A stretch of DNA of 32,000 nucleotides. Source: Methanopyrus kandleri AV19. GTDB lineage: Archaea; JAADCQ01; Methanopyri; Methanopyrales; Methanopyraceae. This document shows, piece by piece, positions 8,976 to 18,088 of the stretch; within the stretch, counting starts at the first letter, position 1; each line of letters begins with the position of its first letter. Both the position numbers and the translations under genes were made by a program. The stretch lies in NCBI RefSeq assembly GCF_000007185.1, contig NC_003551.1, forward strand, positions 270,001-302,000, read 5' to 3'. A model generated the notes under the pieces. The model made no database searches. It was given only the letters and a program-made list of their open reading frames with translations, and was not told the origin of the DNA.

Positions 8976-10052
8976 TCACGGTTCCGGGTCAGGCATCTCG
9001 ACGACCCTTTCGAGCTCTAGGTAGAGTTTTTCCATCTCCTCTTGATACTCGGCCTTACCGAGCGCTACGGCGTCCATGCGTTCCTCCAGGTCTCTCGTAG
9101 TTTCCTCCGATACGAACCGCTCGTAGTGGGTACTGAGGTACTCGTAGACGGCCTCACCACGGGTCGTCGGGAATATCCACCTCCGTTGCGGTACCTCGTA
9201 CACGTACCCACGCCGGAACAGCTTCTCGACTATCTGCGCGTAGGTGCTAGGACGGCCGAGTCCCCGCTCTCGCATGTCTTCAACCAACTCCGATTGATCG
9301 TACGGGTACTCTTCATGCCGTTCCAGCACCTCCACGTCGCCTATTTCGAGCCGATCTCCCTCCTCCAGTTCCGGGGTCTCCCGGATGCCGTACGCCGGCA
9401 GGTCGTACTCCGTTAGGACCTTAGTGAAGCCCGGCTCGACGATCTCCAAAACTCCGCTGAGTTCGAGCTCCGCGACGGGCACTCCTTTGACTTCGACCTC
9501 CAGCACGGCCTCCTGGTAGAGGACCTTCGCGGGCTTCATCTGGCTGGCTACGAAACGTCGGAAGACGAGATCGTAAAGACGTAAATGGTGAGAAGTCAGC
9601 GTGACGGTGGTCTGAATCGCTCCCTCACGAACCATCGTCCGTAGCTCCTCGGCGTCGGCCGGTCTGGTGGGTCTTATACACTCGTGAGCACCTTCGACGT
9701 GCTCGGCCTCGGGTTCCCAGGTCCTCGGATTGTAGTCTTCGGGGTCGAAGTTAGCCCGGATGTAGTCCCGGGCTACGCGCTTGCCCTCCTCCGAGACCCT
9801 GGTAGAGTCGGTCCGGTGGTATGTGATGAGACCTCCCTCGAACAGGTCCTGGGCCAGCTGCATGACACGCTCGGACGACAGTCGAAGTCGTCGGGTAGCC
9901 GCCTGAAGCATGGTTCCGGTTTCGAAAGGTGGTTTAGGGTGTATTTCACGCTCCTCTCGCTCAACTCGGACGACCTCAGCCTTCGCTCCCCTCAGCGAAG
10001 TGTAGGTCGACTCGGCGACAGGTCTGTTCCGGATCCGGAGTGTCGCATTCAA
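8976..10052 (-). CDS. rgyA: reverse gyrase subunit A (stand-alone C-terminal part of the topoisomerase IA module, carries the catalytic Tyr)
   Basis: GLITYHRTDS active-site motif (Tyr codon 9821..9819) and topo-IA domain III/IV-like sequence. 358 aa, matching my recollection of the split M. kandleri enzyme. TTG start. Confidence 0.9.
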   Translation of the reverse strand: MNATLRIRNRPVAESTYTSLRGAKAEVVRVEREEREIHPKPPFETGTMLQAATRRLRLSSERVMQLAQDLFEGGLITYHRTDSTRVSEEGKRVARDYIRANFDPEDYNPRTWEPEAEHVEGAHECIRPTRPADAEELRTMVREGAIQTTVTLTSHHLRLYDLVFRRFVASQMKPAKVLYQEAVLEVEVKGVPVAELELSGVLEIVEPGFTKVLTEYDLPAYGIRETPELEEGDRLEIGDVEVLERHEEYPYDQSELVEDMRERGLGRPSTYAQIVEKLFRRGYVYEVPQRRWIFPTTRGEAVYEYLSTHYERFVSEETTRDLEERMDAVALGKAEYQEEMEKLYLELERVVEMPDPEP

Positions 10053-10503
10053 TTACGATCCCCCGGTCTCGCAGGGTTAGGGCGAGCGCCGAGGTGAATA
10101 TGGACTTTCGGGAGAACGGGCCCGGGTCGGGTGGATAGGGCATGGACACGTTGTACCGACGCTGATGCGAGATAGCCCCCGGAGGCACCCGTATAGTGGA
10201 GGGGACGGGGAGCTCCGACGGCCAGGGTATCCGGGTAGTGATCCGGTGAGGGGTGGGCTGATCGTGGCGAACGGCGGCGGACAGAATGGTAGTACACCTC
10301 AATCGCGTGGACAGGCACGGGTGATGAACGTCGGGGCTCGCGAGCATCACATCGACGGAAACACTGTGAAGTTCTTCGGGATCGAGCGGTGGGACGGTCA
10401 TGCTCCCGAAGTGCCAGTTCCTGTCGTGGCGGCATTCACCGCGCCGGGCGGGTCGGTAGATAACGTCGAGGAAGTCGGGAAGGAGGTACTGTCTAAAGGC
10501 CAA
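9976..10503 (-). CDS. hypothetical protein (end uncertain; overlaps the rgyA start by 77 nt as sequenced)
   Basis: Strong third-position G/C bias in this frame. The opposite-strand and alternative-frame ORFs are Arg/Gly/Pro-rich junk. No family recognised. Confidence 0.4.
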   Translation of the reverse strand: MAFRQYLLPDFLDVIYRPARRGECRHDRNWHFGSMTVPPLDPEELHSVSVDVMLASPDVHHPCLSTRLRCTTILSAAVRHDQPTPHRITTRIPWPSELPVPSTIRVPPGAISHQRRYNVSMPYPPDPGPFSRKSIFTSALALTLRDRGIVIECDTPDPEQTCRRVDLHFAEGSEG

Positions 10504-10560
10504 CGGTATCCCCGGTCCACCGCCCGCGCCCTCGGGTATTAACGGCCCGAAGATCGACTG

Positions 10561-11142
10561 TTATCCGCGACAGAAGTCCAGGTGCATCTTAGAGGGTGAC
10601 GGTCTCTCGTCCCCGTGGTATTTACCACTGGACTCCGCGTAGGTACGCTCCGCGGGGCTGGAGAGTCTGTGGAACACTATCTGCACCACCCGCATGCCGG
10701 GCCGCAGCTTGACGGGCATGGGGTTGAAGTTAACCAGTTCTAGCGTCAGCCGCCCACGCCATCCCGGATCCACGTATCCGGCCTCCACGTGGGCCTGTAT
10801 TCCGAGCCTGCCCAACGACGAGCGTCCGTGAAGGACCCCAGTTATGTCCGGTGCGTTGATCTCGATCCACTCGTGCGTGACGGCCAGCACGAGCTCGCCC
10901 GGGTTGATCACGAACTCCTCATCTTCGTCGATCACTATCCGCTCCGTGTTCTCACCGGCGTCGACCGTTGGATCTATGCAGGGCTTATGGAGTGTTTTGA
11001 ACACCACGAACTCGTTGCCTAAGCGCAGATCCAGACTGGCCGGTCCGAGGGCCTCCTCGAGGTACTCCTCCTCGAGGGGCTTCACGACGATATCGCCCTC
11101 TTCCAATGCCCGTTTGATATCTCGGTCCGAAAGTACCGTCAA
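10561..11142 (-). CDS. dcd: dCTP deaminase (possibly bifunctional dCTP deaminase/dUTPase as in other methanogens)
   Basis: (M)TVLSDRDIKRALEEG...LDLRLG...GRSSLGRLGI...GYVDPGWRGRLTLEL. I chose TTG 11142 because family members start at MxLSDxxI. The ORF track extends to 11310. Confidence 0.88.
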   Translation of the reverse strand: MTVLSDRDIKRALEEGDIVVKPLEEEYLEEALGPASLDLRLGNEFVVFKTLHKPCIDPTVDAGENTERIVIDEDEEFVINPGELVLAVTHEWIEINAPDITGVLHGRSSLGRLGIQAHVEAGYVDPGWRGRLTLELVNFNPMPVKLRPGMRVVQIVFHRLSSPAERTYAESSGKYHGDERPSPSKMHLDFCRG

Positions 11143-11157
11143 GGGGAGACCCCCAGG

Positions 11158-12030
11158 TTGGACCTGCGGATCGCACACGTTTCGGACCTCCATCTCGACG
11201 AATCCCGGGACAAGTCCGTACTGGAGGCGGCGATCGAGCGTGTCAAGGAACTTCATCCCGACGTCGTGGTGGTGTCCGGTGATATCGTGAAGGGGTGGCG
11301 TCCGAGACATTACGGTGAGACCGAGCGAATATTCCGGGCCCTGGATGTTGGCAAGCTACTGGCGGTCGTACCGGACAACCACGACGAGATGCGTGGGGGT
11401 GAGGTGGTTTTCAGGAAACACCCGTATTTTAGGAGAAAGTACAGGGAGTTCACCGTGAAAAGCCCCTCGTTCGGGGAGCTGTTGATGTACCCCATAATCC
11501 TAGAGGGAGACGGACTCTGCGTGATCGCGCTCGACTCCACCGAAGCGGACCGCAGTGACGGGGAGGTAGGGCTGGACCAGCTGCTCAGAGCCGAGGAGCT
11601 GATACGCGAGATCGAGCCGGAGTTCATCGTGCTCACGATGCATCACCACGTGACACCGTTCCCGGGCTTGATCGACGTGTCGACGGTCCTCGACGCCGGT
11701 AACCTCAGGGAGTTCTGCGTGGCCAACGGTGTGGACCTGGTGCTGGTGGGTCACAAACACATCCCTCGGGTCGACTACTTCGCCTCCAAAGAAGGAGGTT
11801 GTGCCGTCTCGCACGCGGGCACGCTGTGCCCGGAGGTCGCCCGTTATGTACCGCCGGCGTTCAACGTGGTGGACGTCGAGCGGGGGGAGGTAGTGGTGCA
11901 GGTCCTTGAGTACCGAGAAGGCGAGTTCAGCGAACCGAAGCTGATGGGACGTTTCAGGATCGAGGGGGAACATCTGCGTCCGGTAGAACTCGGGTACGAC
12001 CCATCCAAAGCTTGGATGAGGGGCTACTGA
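11158..12030 (+). CDS. calcineurin-like metallophosphoesterase
   Basis: N-terminal RIAHVSDLHLD, GDIV, and GHKH motifs. Confidence 0.85.
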   Translation: MDLRIAHVSDLHLDESRDKSVLEAAIERVKELHPDVVVVSGDIVKGWRPRHYGETERIFRALDVGKLLAVVPDNHDEMRGGEVVFRKHPYFRRKYREFTVKSPSFGELLMYPIILEGDGLCVIALDSTEADRSDGEVGLDQLLRAEELIREIEPEFIVLTMHHHVTPFPGLIDVSTVLDAGNLREFCVANGVDLVLVGHKHIPRVDYFASKEGGCAVSHAGTLCPEVARYVPPAFNVVDVERGEVVVQVLEYREGEFSEPKLMGRFRIEGEHLRPVELGYDPSKAWMRGY

Positions 12031-12554
12031 ACTTTAATCTCGCGTTCCTTGAGGTCGACCCAACCTCCGACCCTCGCGGCGGCCTCCACCATGGCCTTCA
12101 CTTCGCGCGGTGGGATCCCCGTTTCCTCACCGATCTCACGACACTCGTCGAACTCCGCCTTCACCGTGACTACCTCCCCCTCCTCGGTCTCCGCGATCTT
12201 GACGCTGACCCTCCATTCACGCTCACCGTACACCACCCGAACGTCCTCGAACCTGGAGGGTACGGAGTACACCCCGTCGGCGTCGAACCTGTCGACGCCC
12301 GTGGACCCGGTTAACACCATGATATCACGGGCGACGTCCTCCGCCACCCGGTCGGGATCCTCACCACCGTCCACTAAAACCACCAGGACGTGTCCGGGCC
12401 GGTTCTTCTTCGTCACACACGGGACCGCGTGACACGCGAGTACTTCCTCGCGCTCGATCAGCTTTTGAATCGCGTCGCCCAGCACCTCGCCGTCCCGATC
12501 GTCCAATACCGTAACCAGGAACATCAAGTGTGAAGGCTCGTAGTCCAACCCCAT
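12024..12554 (-). CDS. LarC-family (DUF111) C-terminal domain protein, stand-alone
   Basis: VLDDRDGEVLG..., KKNRPG, TGSTGVDRF, VKAEFDECREIGEETGIPPREV all match the C-terminal half of nickel-pincer cofactor LarC proteins. No N-terminal half is adjacent. Confidence 0.7.
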   Translation of the reverse strand: MGLDYEPSHLMFLVTVLDDRDGEVLGDAIQKLIEREEVLACHAVPCVTKKNRPGHVLVVLVDGGEDPDRVAEDVARDIMVLTGSTGVDRFDADGVYSVPSRFEDVRVVYGEREWRVSVKIAETEEGEVVTVKAEFDECREIGEETGIPPREVKAMVEAAARVGGWVDLKEREIKVQ

Positions 12555-12581
12555 TCAGGTGACCCCCGGGAGGATATCGTC

Positions 12582-13844
12582 ATGGACGAGTACCTCCGGT
12601 TCCTACAGATGCTGGTGTTATCGGCCGCGGTAGGGATGGTAGTGGGACTCGAGCGCGAGCACGCTCACATCGCGCGTCGGATCGCGGGCTTCAGGACGTT
12701 CACTTTAATCGGTGTGCTCGGAGGACTCACCGCGTACTTCTACGAGTTGGGATGCGTCCCCATAGCCACGGTGACGTCGGTGGGAGCCGCCGCGCTGGCC
12801 GTGACGATGTACGTCATGCGGGTGTACCAGCGTCGATTGTTGGGTATAGTCACACCGTTGGCGCTGCTGGCCACGTTCGCCGCGGGCGCGTTGGTCGGAA
12901 TGGAGAGGTTCAAGGAAGGGGCCACTCTAGCGATCGCGACGGCCGTAGTACTCCTCTCCCGGGCGAGGATCCATCCCGTCCTGAGGAGGTTGTCCGACAG
13001 GGACGTGTTGGACGCCCTAACGGTGTTCTCGCTGGCCGCACTGGTCTATCCGCTCTGCCCACCCGGTCCCGTGGACCCTTGGGGCGTTCTGAACCTGAGG
13101 AGGGTGTTGGAGATCGTCCTGCTGGTGCTCGCGGTGACGGCACTCGGGTACCTGGGAGTTCGGATGTCCGTCAGGGGAGGGGTACTGACGACGTCCTTGG
13201 TCGGGGGTTTCGTCAGCAGCTCCGCCACCACCGCGACCGTCGTGGCGAGGTTCAGAGAGCTTCCTTGGGTGCCCGCCGCCGTGGTGCCCGCCGCGACCTC
13301 CGTCGCGATCATACGCAACATGATCCTGGTCGCCGCCGTCTCGAGGAACCTAGCCGTGGTGAAGAAGGTGGCTTGCGTAGCGATCCCCGCGGCCATAGCC
13401 GGGTTCGCTGTCGCCGTCTACGAGTCGGGTCGCGCGGAAGTCGACGAGGAGGATCTCCGACGGGTCGTTCGAGGTCGGATGCGGTCTCCCCTCTCCCTGA
13501 AACCCGCGGTGAAGCTAGGTCTCCTCATCTCGGGATTCTCGATGACCCTGAAGATAGGACAGCTGTTCGCGGGGAAAGCCGGTCTGGTCGTCGGTGCCGT
13601 AGTCGGTTCGTTAGCCAGCAGCAACGCGATGAGCCTGAGCCTCGCCTATATGGTGAATTCAGGTACCCTCTCCTCCTCGACCGCGGGCATACTGATCGCA
13701 CTGTCCTCGCTGGAATCCATACTCGTGAAGTACCTATGGACGGCCGTGTTCGGTAAGAGGGAGGTCCTCGAGCGAACGTGGCGTACGCTCCTACCACCCA
13801 CGATCGCGGGGATAGCGGGGTTCGGGGTAGTGCTCGCGGGTTAG
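12582..13844 (+). CDS. MgtC/SapB-like N-terminal domain + DUF4010-type polytopic membrane protein
   Basis: VGLEREHA...AGFRTFTLIGVLGG signature. About 10 hydrophobic segments. Confidence 0.78.
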   Translation: MDEYLRFLQMLVLSAAVGMVVGLEREHAHIARRIAGFRTFTLIGVLGGLTAYFYELGCVPIATVTSVGAAALAVTMYVMRVYQRRLLGIVTPLALLATFAAGALVGMERFKEGATLAIATAVVLLSRARIHPVLRRLSDRDVLDALTVFSLAALVYPLCPPGPVDPWGVLNLRRVLEIVLLVLAVTALGYLGVRMSVRGGVLTTSLVGGFVSSSATTATVVARFRELPWVPAAVVPAATSVAIIRNMILVAAVSRNLAVVKKVACVAIPAAIAGFAVAVYESGRAEVDEEDLRRVVRGRMRSPLSLKPAVKLGLLISGFSMTLKIGQLFAGKAGLVVGAVVGSLASSNAMSLSLAYMVNSGTLSSSTAGILIALSSLESILVKYLWTAVFGKREVLERTWRTLLPPTIAGIAGFGVVLAG

Positions 13845-15190
13845 GTCAGCTTCTTCAACTTGGCCACGAAGAACCCGGTAGTACCGTGGACGTGCGGCCA
13901 CATCCGACCAGCTTCCAAACTCGACGAGACTCCGTCGACCCGTAAGGGCGGGTGTAAGAACTCGAACTCCGAGCGGACGTCTACGGGACGCAAGCGATCC
14001 CGCTTGATCGCCTCGGACACGACGAGCTCGTTCTCCTCGGGCGTGATAGTGCAGGTCGAGTACACAAGCACACCTCCCGGTTTGAGCAGTCGGGCCGCCG
14101 CGCGGATGAGCTGACGCTGCTTCAGTGCCAACTCTCGGATGTCTCGGGGTCCGATCTTCCACTTGACGTCGGGGTCGCTCCGGAGCGTTCCGAGGCTGGA
14201 GCACGGAGGGTCCAACAGCACCCGGTCGAACTTACCCACGTACCGCGGGTTCCTACCCAACCTGCGGACGTCCGCGCGCAGGACCTCGATGTTCTCGAAC
14301 ACCATCCGTTCCGCGAACCGTTCCAGCCTACGGAGTCGTACCCTGCTGACGTCGACGGCGAGGATCTCCGCTTCATCCTCCGTCAGCTGGGCTATGTGCG
14401 TGGTCTTACCGCCGGGTGCGGCACACAGGTCGGCGATCCTCTCCCCGGGTTGCGGGTTCAGTATCTCGGTCACCAGCGCCGCCGCCTCGTCCTGAGGTAC
14501 GATGTGTCCTTCCCGCCAGCACTCCAGCTCCTCCAGTCGCAGCGGTTGCCCCTTCTTCACCCGGATGCAGTAGTCGACGTACTCCCCGCGCTCCACCTCG
14601 AAGCCGTGCTCTTCGAACTCGCGGAGGACGTCCTCGACGTCCGCCGCGGTCGTGTTCACGCGGAACGTGTAGTACTCCGGCGGCTCGTTGTGTACCTCCA
14701 TGAGCTCCTTGAGTTCGTCCTCGTCGAGGAGGGCACCGAACTTCTCGACGAACCACCGTGGGTGGTGGTATTCGAGGCACAGCCGGTCGATCTCGTCCTC
14801 CGGCTCCGGCCGCTCGTACTCCTCCAGGTCCGCGACGACCCCGTGGACGCGGCGGTGGTTCAGTCCGAGCTCCTTGGCCGCCCGGGTCGCGGAGTCCGTC
14901 ACCGGTGCCGGGTGTTTACCCTCGTAGAGGACCTCGTTCGCGGCTACCATCACGAGGGCGCGCTCCAACGGTGGGAGCTCGGACCTCGAGACGTCCTCGA
15001 CCACGCGCTCGAGCGTCCCGTAGCGGCGGAGTACGTCGTACACCATGCTCCGCGTCACGGACTGCGTCTTGTCGTCGTACTCGGACAGCGTCTTCCTGAG
15101 AACGTACTGGATGGGGTACGACTTAGTCCTCATGACCTCGATCAGCGACTTCGCCGCCAGCGCGTAACACCGCGCCCAGAACTCCGTCAA
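13841..15190 (-). CDS. NOL1/NOP2/Sun-family RNA cytosine-C5 methyltransferase
   Basis: DLCAAPGGKT, LLDPPCSSLGT, VYSTCTITPEENE motifs. TTG start with GGGGGTGA SD overlapping the upstream stop. Confidence 0.92.
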   Translation of the reverse strand: MTEFWARCYALAAKSLIEVMRTKSYPIQYVLRKTLSEYDDKTQSVTRSMVYDVLRRYGTLERVVEDVSRSELPPLERALVMVAANEVLYEGKHPAPVTDSATRAAKELGLNHRRVHGVVADLEEYERPEPEDEIDRLCLEYHHPRWFVEKFGALLDEDELKELMEVHNEPPEYYTFRVNTTAADVEDVLREFEEHGFEVERGEYVDYCIRVKKGQPLRLEELECWREGHIVPQDEAAALVTEILNPQPGERIADLCAAPGGKTTHIAQLTEDEAEILAVDVSRVRLRRLERFAERMVFENIEVLRADVRRLGRNPRYVGKFDRVLLDPPCSSLGTLRSDPDVKWKIGPRDIRELALKQRQLIRAAARLLKPGGVLVYSTCTITPEENELVVSEAIKRDRLRPVDVRSEFEFLHPPLRVDGVSSSLEAGRMWPHVHGTTGFFVAKLKKLT

Positions 15191-15196
15191 CTCCCG

Positions 15197-15634
15197 TCAC
15201 CCCCGGACCACGATCGTGTTTCCGCCCCTCCTCTTCGCCTCCCGGAGCGCCTCGAGGGCACGACGGACCGCCGGCGACTCGGCCTCCCGGAACGAGCGGC
15301 GGTCGCTGGGCGCCGGACCCACGCCCACACCGAGGCTGATCGTGACCTCGCCTTTGAACTCTCTTTCGAAACGTCTACGTATCCGTTCACATTCTTCGAG
15401 TATTTCGTCTAAGAACGCGTCACCGCCTGGGATCTCGACGACGAACTCCTCGGTACCGCGCTCCCGGTCCGGTCCCTTGACGGCCACGGCGCCCGGAAAC
15501 TTCGTCAGAAACCGCTCAACCAGCTCCGTGAGAAGGCCTGTGGCGGGGTTAGGAGAGTACTCCGGCCAACCCCTCTCCTCGACCACCTCCCCGAACCGGT
15601 CCAGGTCGCCCGCCACGGCCACGCTCCTCAGCAC
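15197..15634 (-). CDS. minimal GGDEF-like nucleotidyl-cyclase (palm) domain protein, GTEEF variant
   Basis: The 146-aa core aligns by eye to the GGDEF domain: GDLDRFG (DxDxF), RGTEEFVVEIP (compare RYGGEEFVVIMP of PleD), VTISLGVG, ALREAKRRGGNTIVV. The ORF-track N-terminal extension to 16084 overlaps serA and is Arg/Gly junk. GTG 15634 lies 1 nt after the serA stop codon (15628-15630). Confidence 0.7.
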   Translation of the reverse strand: MLRSVAVAGDLDRFGEVVEERGWPEYSPNPATGLLTELVERFLTKFPGAVAVKGPDRERGTEEFVVEIPGGDAFLDEILEECERIRRRFEREFKGEVTISLGVGVGPAPSDRRSFREAESPAVRRALEALREAKRRGGNTIVVRG

Positions 15635-17196
15635 CTGACCAGCTCCACCCGGCGGACCGGTTCGACCTCGTCGATGGCCCGCAGGCACTCCTCGGGCGGC
15701 TCCTCGTCCATCCGTATGACCATGATCGCCTCGCCGCCGCGCTCCCGGCGTCCTACCTCCATCGCGGCCACGTTCACGCGGTGCTCGCCCAGGATTATCC
15801 CGACCTCCCCGATGACCCCCGGCCTGTCCACGTGCCACACGAAGAGCGTCGGACCGCTGAGCTTGAACCGTACCTCGTACCCGTTCACCGACGTCAGGTA
15901 CACCCGATCCTCGACCAGCTCGCCCCTGAGCGAGATCTCGTCCTCGTCCGAGCGGACGACCACCTCCACCTCTCCTCCCTCGAGCTCGTCCGAGACCGTG
16001 AACTCGAACTCGATCCCCCTCCGCTCGGCGACGTCTACAGCGTTGACCATGGTGACGGGCTCCGTCAACACTCGGTCCAGACACCCTTTCAGGACGGCCC
16101 GCTTCAGCGCCTCCTTTTCACGGTCCTCGAGCTCACCACCCACCTTAACCTGTACCCACCTCAGGCGCTCCTCGAGTACCTGGGCGGCGGCGTCGGCCAG
16201 CCTTTCACCGACCTCCATCAGCTCCCTCACGTCGTCCGGCACACCGGCCAACGGCAGGTTGACCACGTTCTCCGGGATCTCGCCCTTCAACACCCTCTCG
16301 ATCTCGCGGGCTACGATCAGACCCGCGGCCCGCTGCGCCTCGCCGGTCGAACCGCCGATGTGCGGCGTGAGGACCACGTTATCCAGCTCGTACAGCGGGT
16401 GGTCCTCACCGGGTGGCTCCTCGGCGAACACGTCGAGGGCGGCGCCCGCGATCCAGCCCTCCTTCAGCGCCTTGATCAGCGCCTCCTCGTCCACGATCTT
16501 ACCGCGCGCGCAGTTGACCAGGAACGCCGAGCTCTTCATCCGCTTCAGCTCCTCCTCGCCGATCATCCCCTCCGTCTCCTCGGTCAGGGGCACGTGGATC
16601 GAGACGACGTCAGCGCGCTCCAGCAGCTCCTCGAGCTCGTCGACGAGCTCCACCCCGAGCTCCTCCGCCACCTTCTCCGGTATGTACGGGTCGTACGCTG
16701 TCACCTCCATCTCGAACGCCTTCGCACGCTTGGCCACCTGCTGACCTATCCTACCCAGTCCTATGAGACCCAACGTCTTTCCGGCCAGCTCGACGCCCAT
16801 GAACCGCTTCCTGTCCCACTCCCCGCGGCGCACCGACCTGTCCGCCTGCGGTATCTTTCGGGCCAACGCCAGGATGAGACCCATCGTGTGCTCGGCTACC
16901 GAGATCGAGCTCGACTCGGGCGCGTTGACGACGATGATACCGCGTTCCGTCGCGGCCTTCACGTCGATGTTGTCGACGCCCACACCCGCCCGGGCGATGA
17001 CCTTGAGATTCTTAGCCTCCTCGATCAGCTCCCTCGTCACCCGCGTCCCGCTCCTCACCACCCAGGCGTCCGCGTCCCGCACGTGCTCACGGATCTCCTC
17101 CTCGTCGGCGTCCTCCAGCACGACGACCTCTCCGAGCTCCTCGAGCTTCCTCAGCGCGTCCTCGTGGATAGGGTCCGTAACCAGAATCTTGGCCAC
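15628..17196 (-). CDS. serA: D-3-phosphoglycerate dehydrogenase with C-terminal ACT domain
   Basis: KILVTDPI..., [12 protein letters not shown] motif, and the full-length long-form layout. GTG 17196 chosen because of the GGGGGTG SD. The ORF track extends to 17313. Confidence 0.92.
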   Translation of the reverse strand: MAKILVTDPIHEDALRKLEELGEVVVLEDADEEEIREHVRDADAWVVRSGTRVTRELIEEAKNLKVIARAGVGVDNIDVKAATERGIIVVNAPESSSISVAEHTMGLILALARKIPQADRSVRRGEWDRKRFMGVELAGKTLGLIGLGRIGQQVAKRAKAFEMEVTAYDPYIPEKVAEELGVELVDELEELLERADVVSIHVPLTEETEGMIGEEELKRMKSSAFLVNCARGKIVDEEALIKALKEGWIAGAALDVFAEEPPGEDHPLYELDNVVLTPHIGGSTGEAQRAAGLIVAREIERVLKGEIPENVVNLPLAGVPDDVRELMEVGERLADAAAQVLEERLRWVQVKVGGELEDREKEALKRAVLKGCLDRVLTEPVTMVNAVDVAERRGIEFEFTVSDELEGGEVEVVVRSDEDEISLRGELVEDRVYLTSVNGYEVRFKLSGPTLFVWHVDRPGVIGEVGIILGEHRVNVAAMEVGRRERGGEAIMVIRMDEEPPEECLRAIDEVEPVRRVELVRC

Positions 17197-17229
17197 GGAG
17201 ACACCCCCGGCCGGGCACGGATAGCCCCG

Positions 17230-17237
17230 AAAATATG
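17230..17237 (-). promoter_or_regulatory. candidate TATA box for serA
   Basis: CATATTTT on the minus strand, about 38 nt upstream of GTG 17196. Confidence 0.35.
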
Positions 17238-17325
17238 TTGACTGGGTCTCCTCCGGGGCCGGCCCCGTCGCCCCGATGGTGCCAACGGGTCCGCCAAGGT
17301 CGACGTGAAGCACCTGACGAGGCGC

Positions 17326-18045
17326 TCACTGTACGTGTCTCAGCTTCCAGCGTTCTAATTCGAGTTTCACGTCGGGGATCTCGTGTTTCCCGTCGAGGGA
17401 TTTCCTACGGTGACGGATCACCTTCCTCAAGTGAGCGGAGTAATGCGCGGGCCAGCCTCCGAGGGTTCTGATCGCGAAGGATTCGAGTCGATCGGGGAGT
17501 TCCTCTAACACGTCCCGGATCCTGGGTGATTCGGAGGGTCGGGCGTCGAACGTCAGCGCGAGCCCTCGTGCGAGTACTCGCCTTGCCCTCTTGTATGGGA
17601 GGTCCGAAACCCCGGTCAGGAGGGTCTTGAGTACCGAGCGGAGGTTGCGCATCAAGTGCCGGGCGAGCTCGAGGACCTCGTTCCGGTCCAGGGAGACGAG
17701 CCATTCGACGAACCGAACACTCTCGTTCTCGGGTTTGCCCAGATAAAGGGTCCTACCGTGCTTGAACTTCGAGTCCCTCCGCCACCTCGCGACGTAGTAC
17801 GGACCGCAGGTACTCCCGCTCACCGTCCGGTAGGTCACCTCGAGGCTCGGCTTCCTCTTCCTCCGATGGACTTCCCTCAGGACTCGGAGTGCCCGAATCC
17901 TCTCGACCGGGTCGGAGGGTATCGGGACGTGCGACTCGATCAACCCCGGTACGCGATCCAGGGTAGTGGCCCCAGATTGTATGGAGGCAGGGGAAAGGCA
18001 GCCTTCCAGGATAAAAGTCTTGCCGTTCGGAAGTCGTGACGTCAA
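17326..18045 (-). CDS. hypothetical basic protein with GPYYVARWR...YLGK motif
   Basis: ORF with coding bias and a TTG start. The motif is reminiscent of the GPYWY...YxGK element found in archaeal mobile-element-associated proteins (from memory, unverified). Confidence 0.55.
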   Translation of the reverse strand: MTSRLPNGKTFILEGCLSPASIQSGATTLDRVPGLIESHVPIPSDPVERIRALRVLREVHRRKRKPSLEVTYRTVSGSTCGPYYVARWRRDSKFKHGRTLYLGKPENESVRFVEWLVSLDRNEVLELARHLMRNLRSVLKTLLTGVSDLPYKRARRVLARGLALTFDARPSESPRIRDVLEELPDRLESFAIRTLGGWPAHYSAHLRKVIRHRRKSLDGKHEIPDVKLELERWKLRHVQ

Positions 18046-18088
18046 TCAGCTCCCTGCTACCATACAAGGTGGCGGGAGGTCGGGGGTG

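Noticed and set aside
10053-10560. Possible RNase P or other structured RNA in the rgyA-dcd gap (GAAAGTCC on the minus strand at about 10092-10099, ACAGAA on the plus strand)
   Set aside because: These are isolated short matches only. The flanking sequence does not match the P4/CR-I context I remember, and the region shows clear codon-position GC bias for a protein frame. A covariance-model scan would settle it.
15635-16084. N-terminal 150 codons of the track ORF 15197..16084
   Set aside because: This part overlaps serA, is Arg/Gly-rich junk, and is unnecessary. A GTG with domain-consistent sequence starts right after the serA stop.
15781-17241. 486-aa and 356-aa ORFs antisense to, or out of frame with, serA
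   Set aside because: The serA frame has unmistakable dehydrogenase motifs. The alternative ORFs are low-complexity (Leu/Arg/Pro/His or Ser/Thr-rich).
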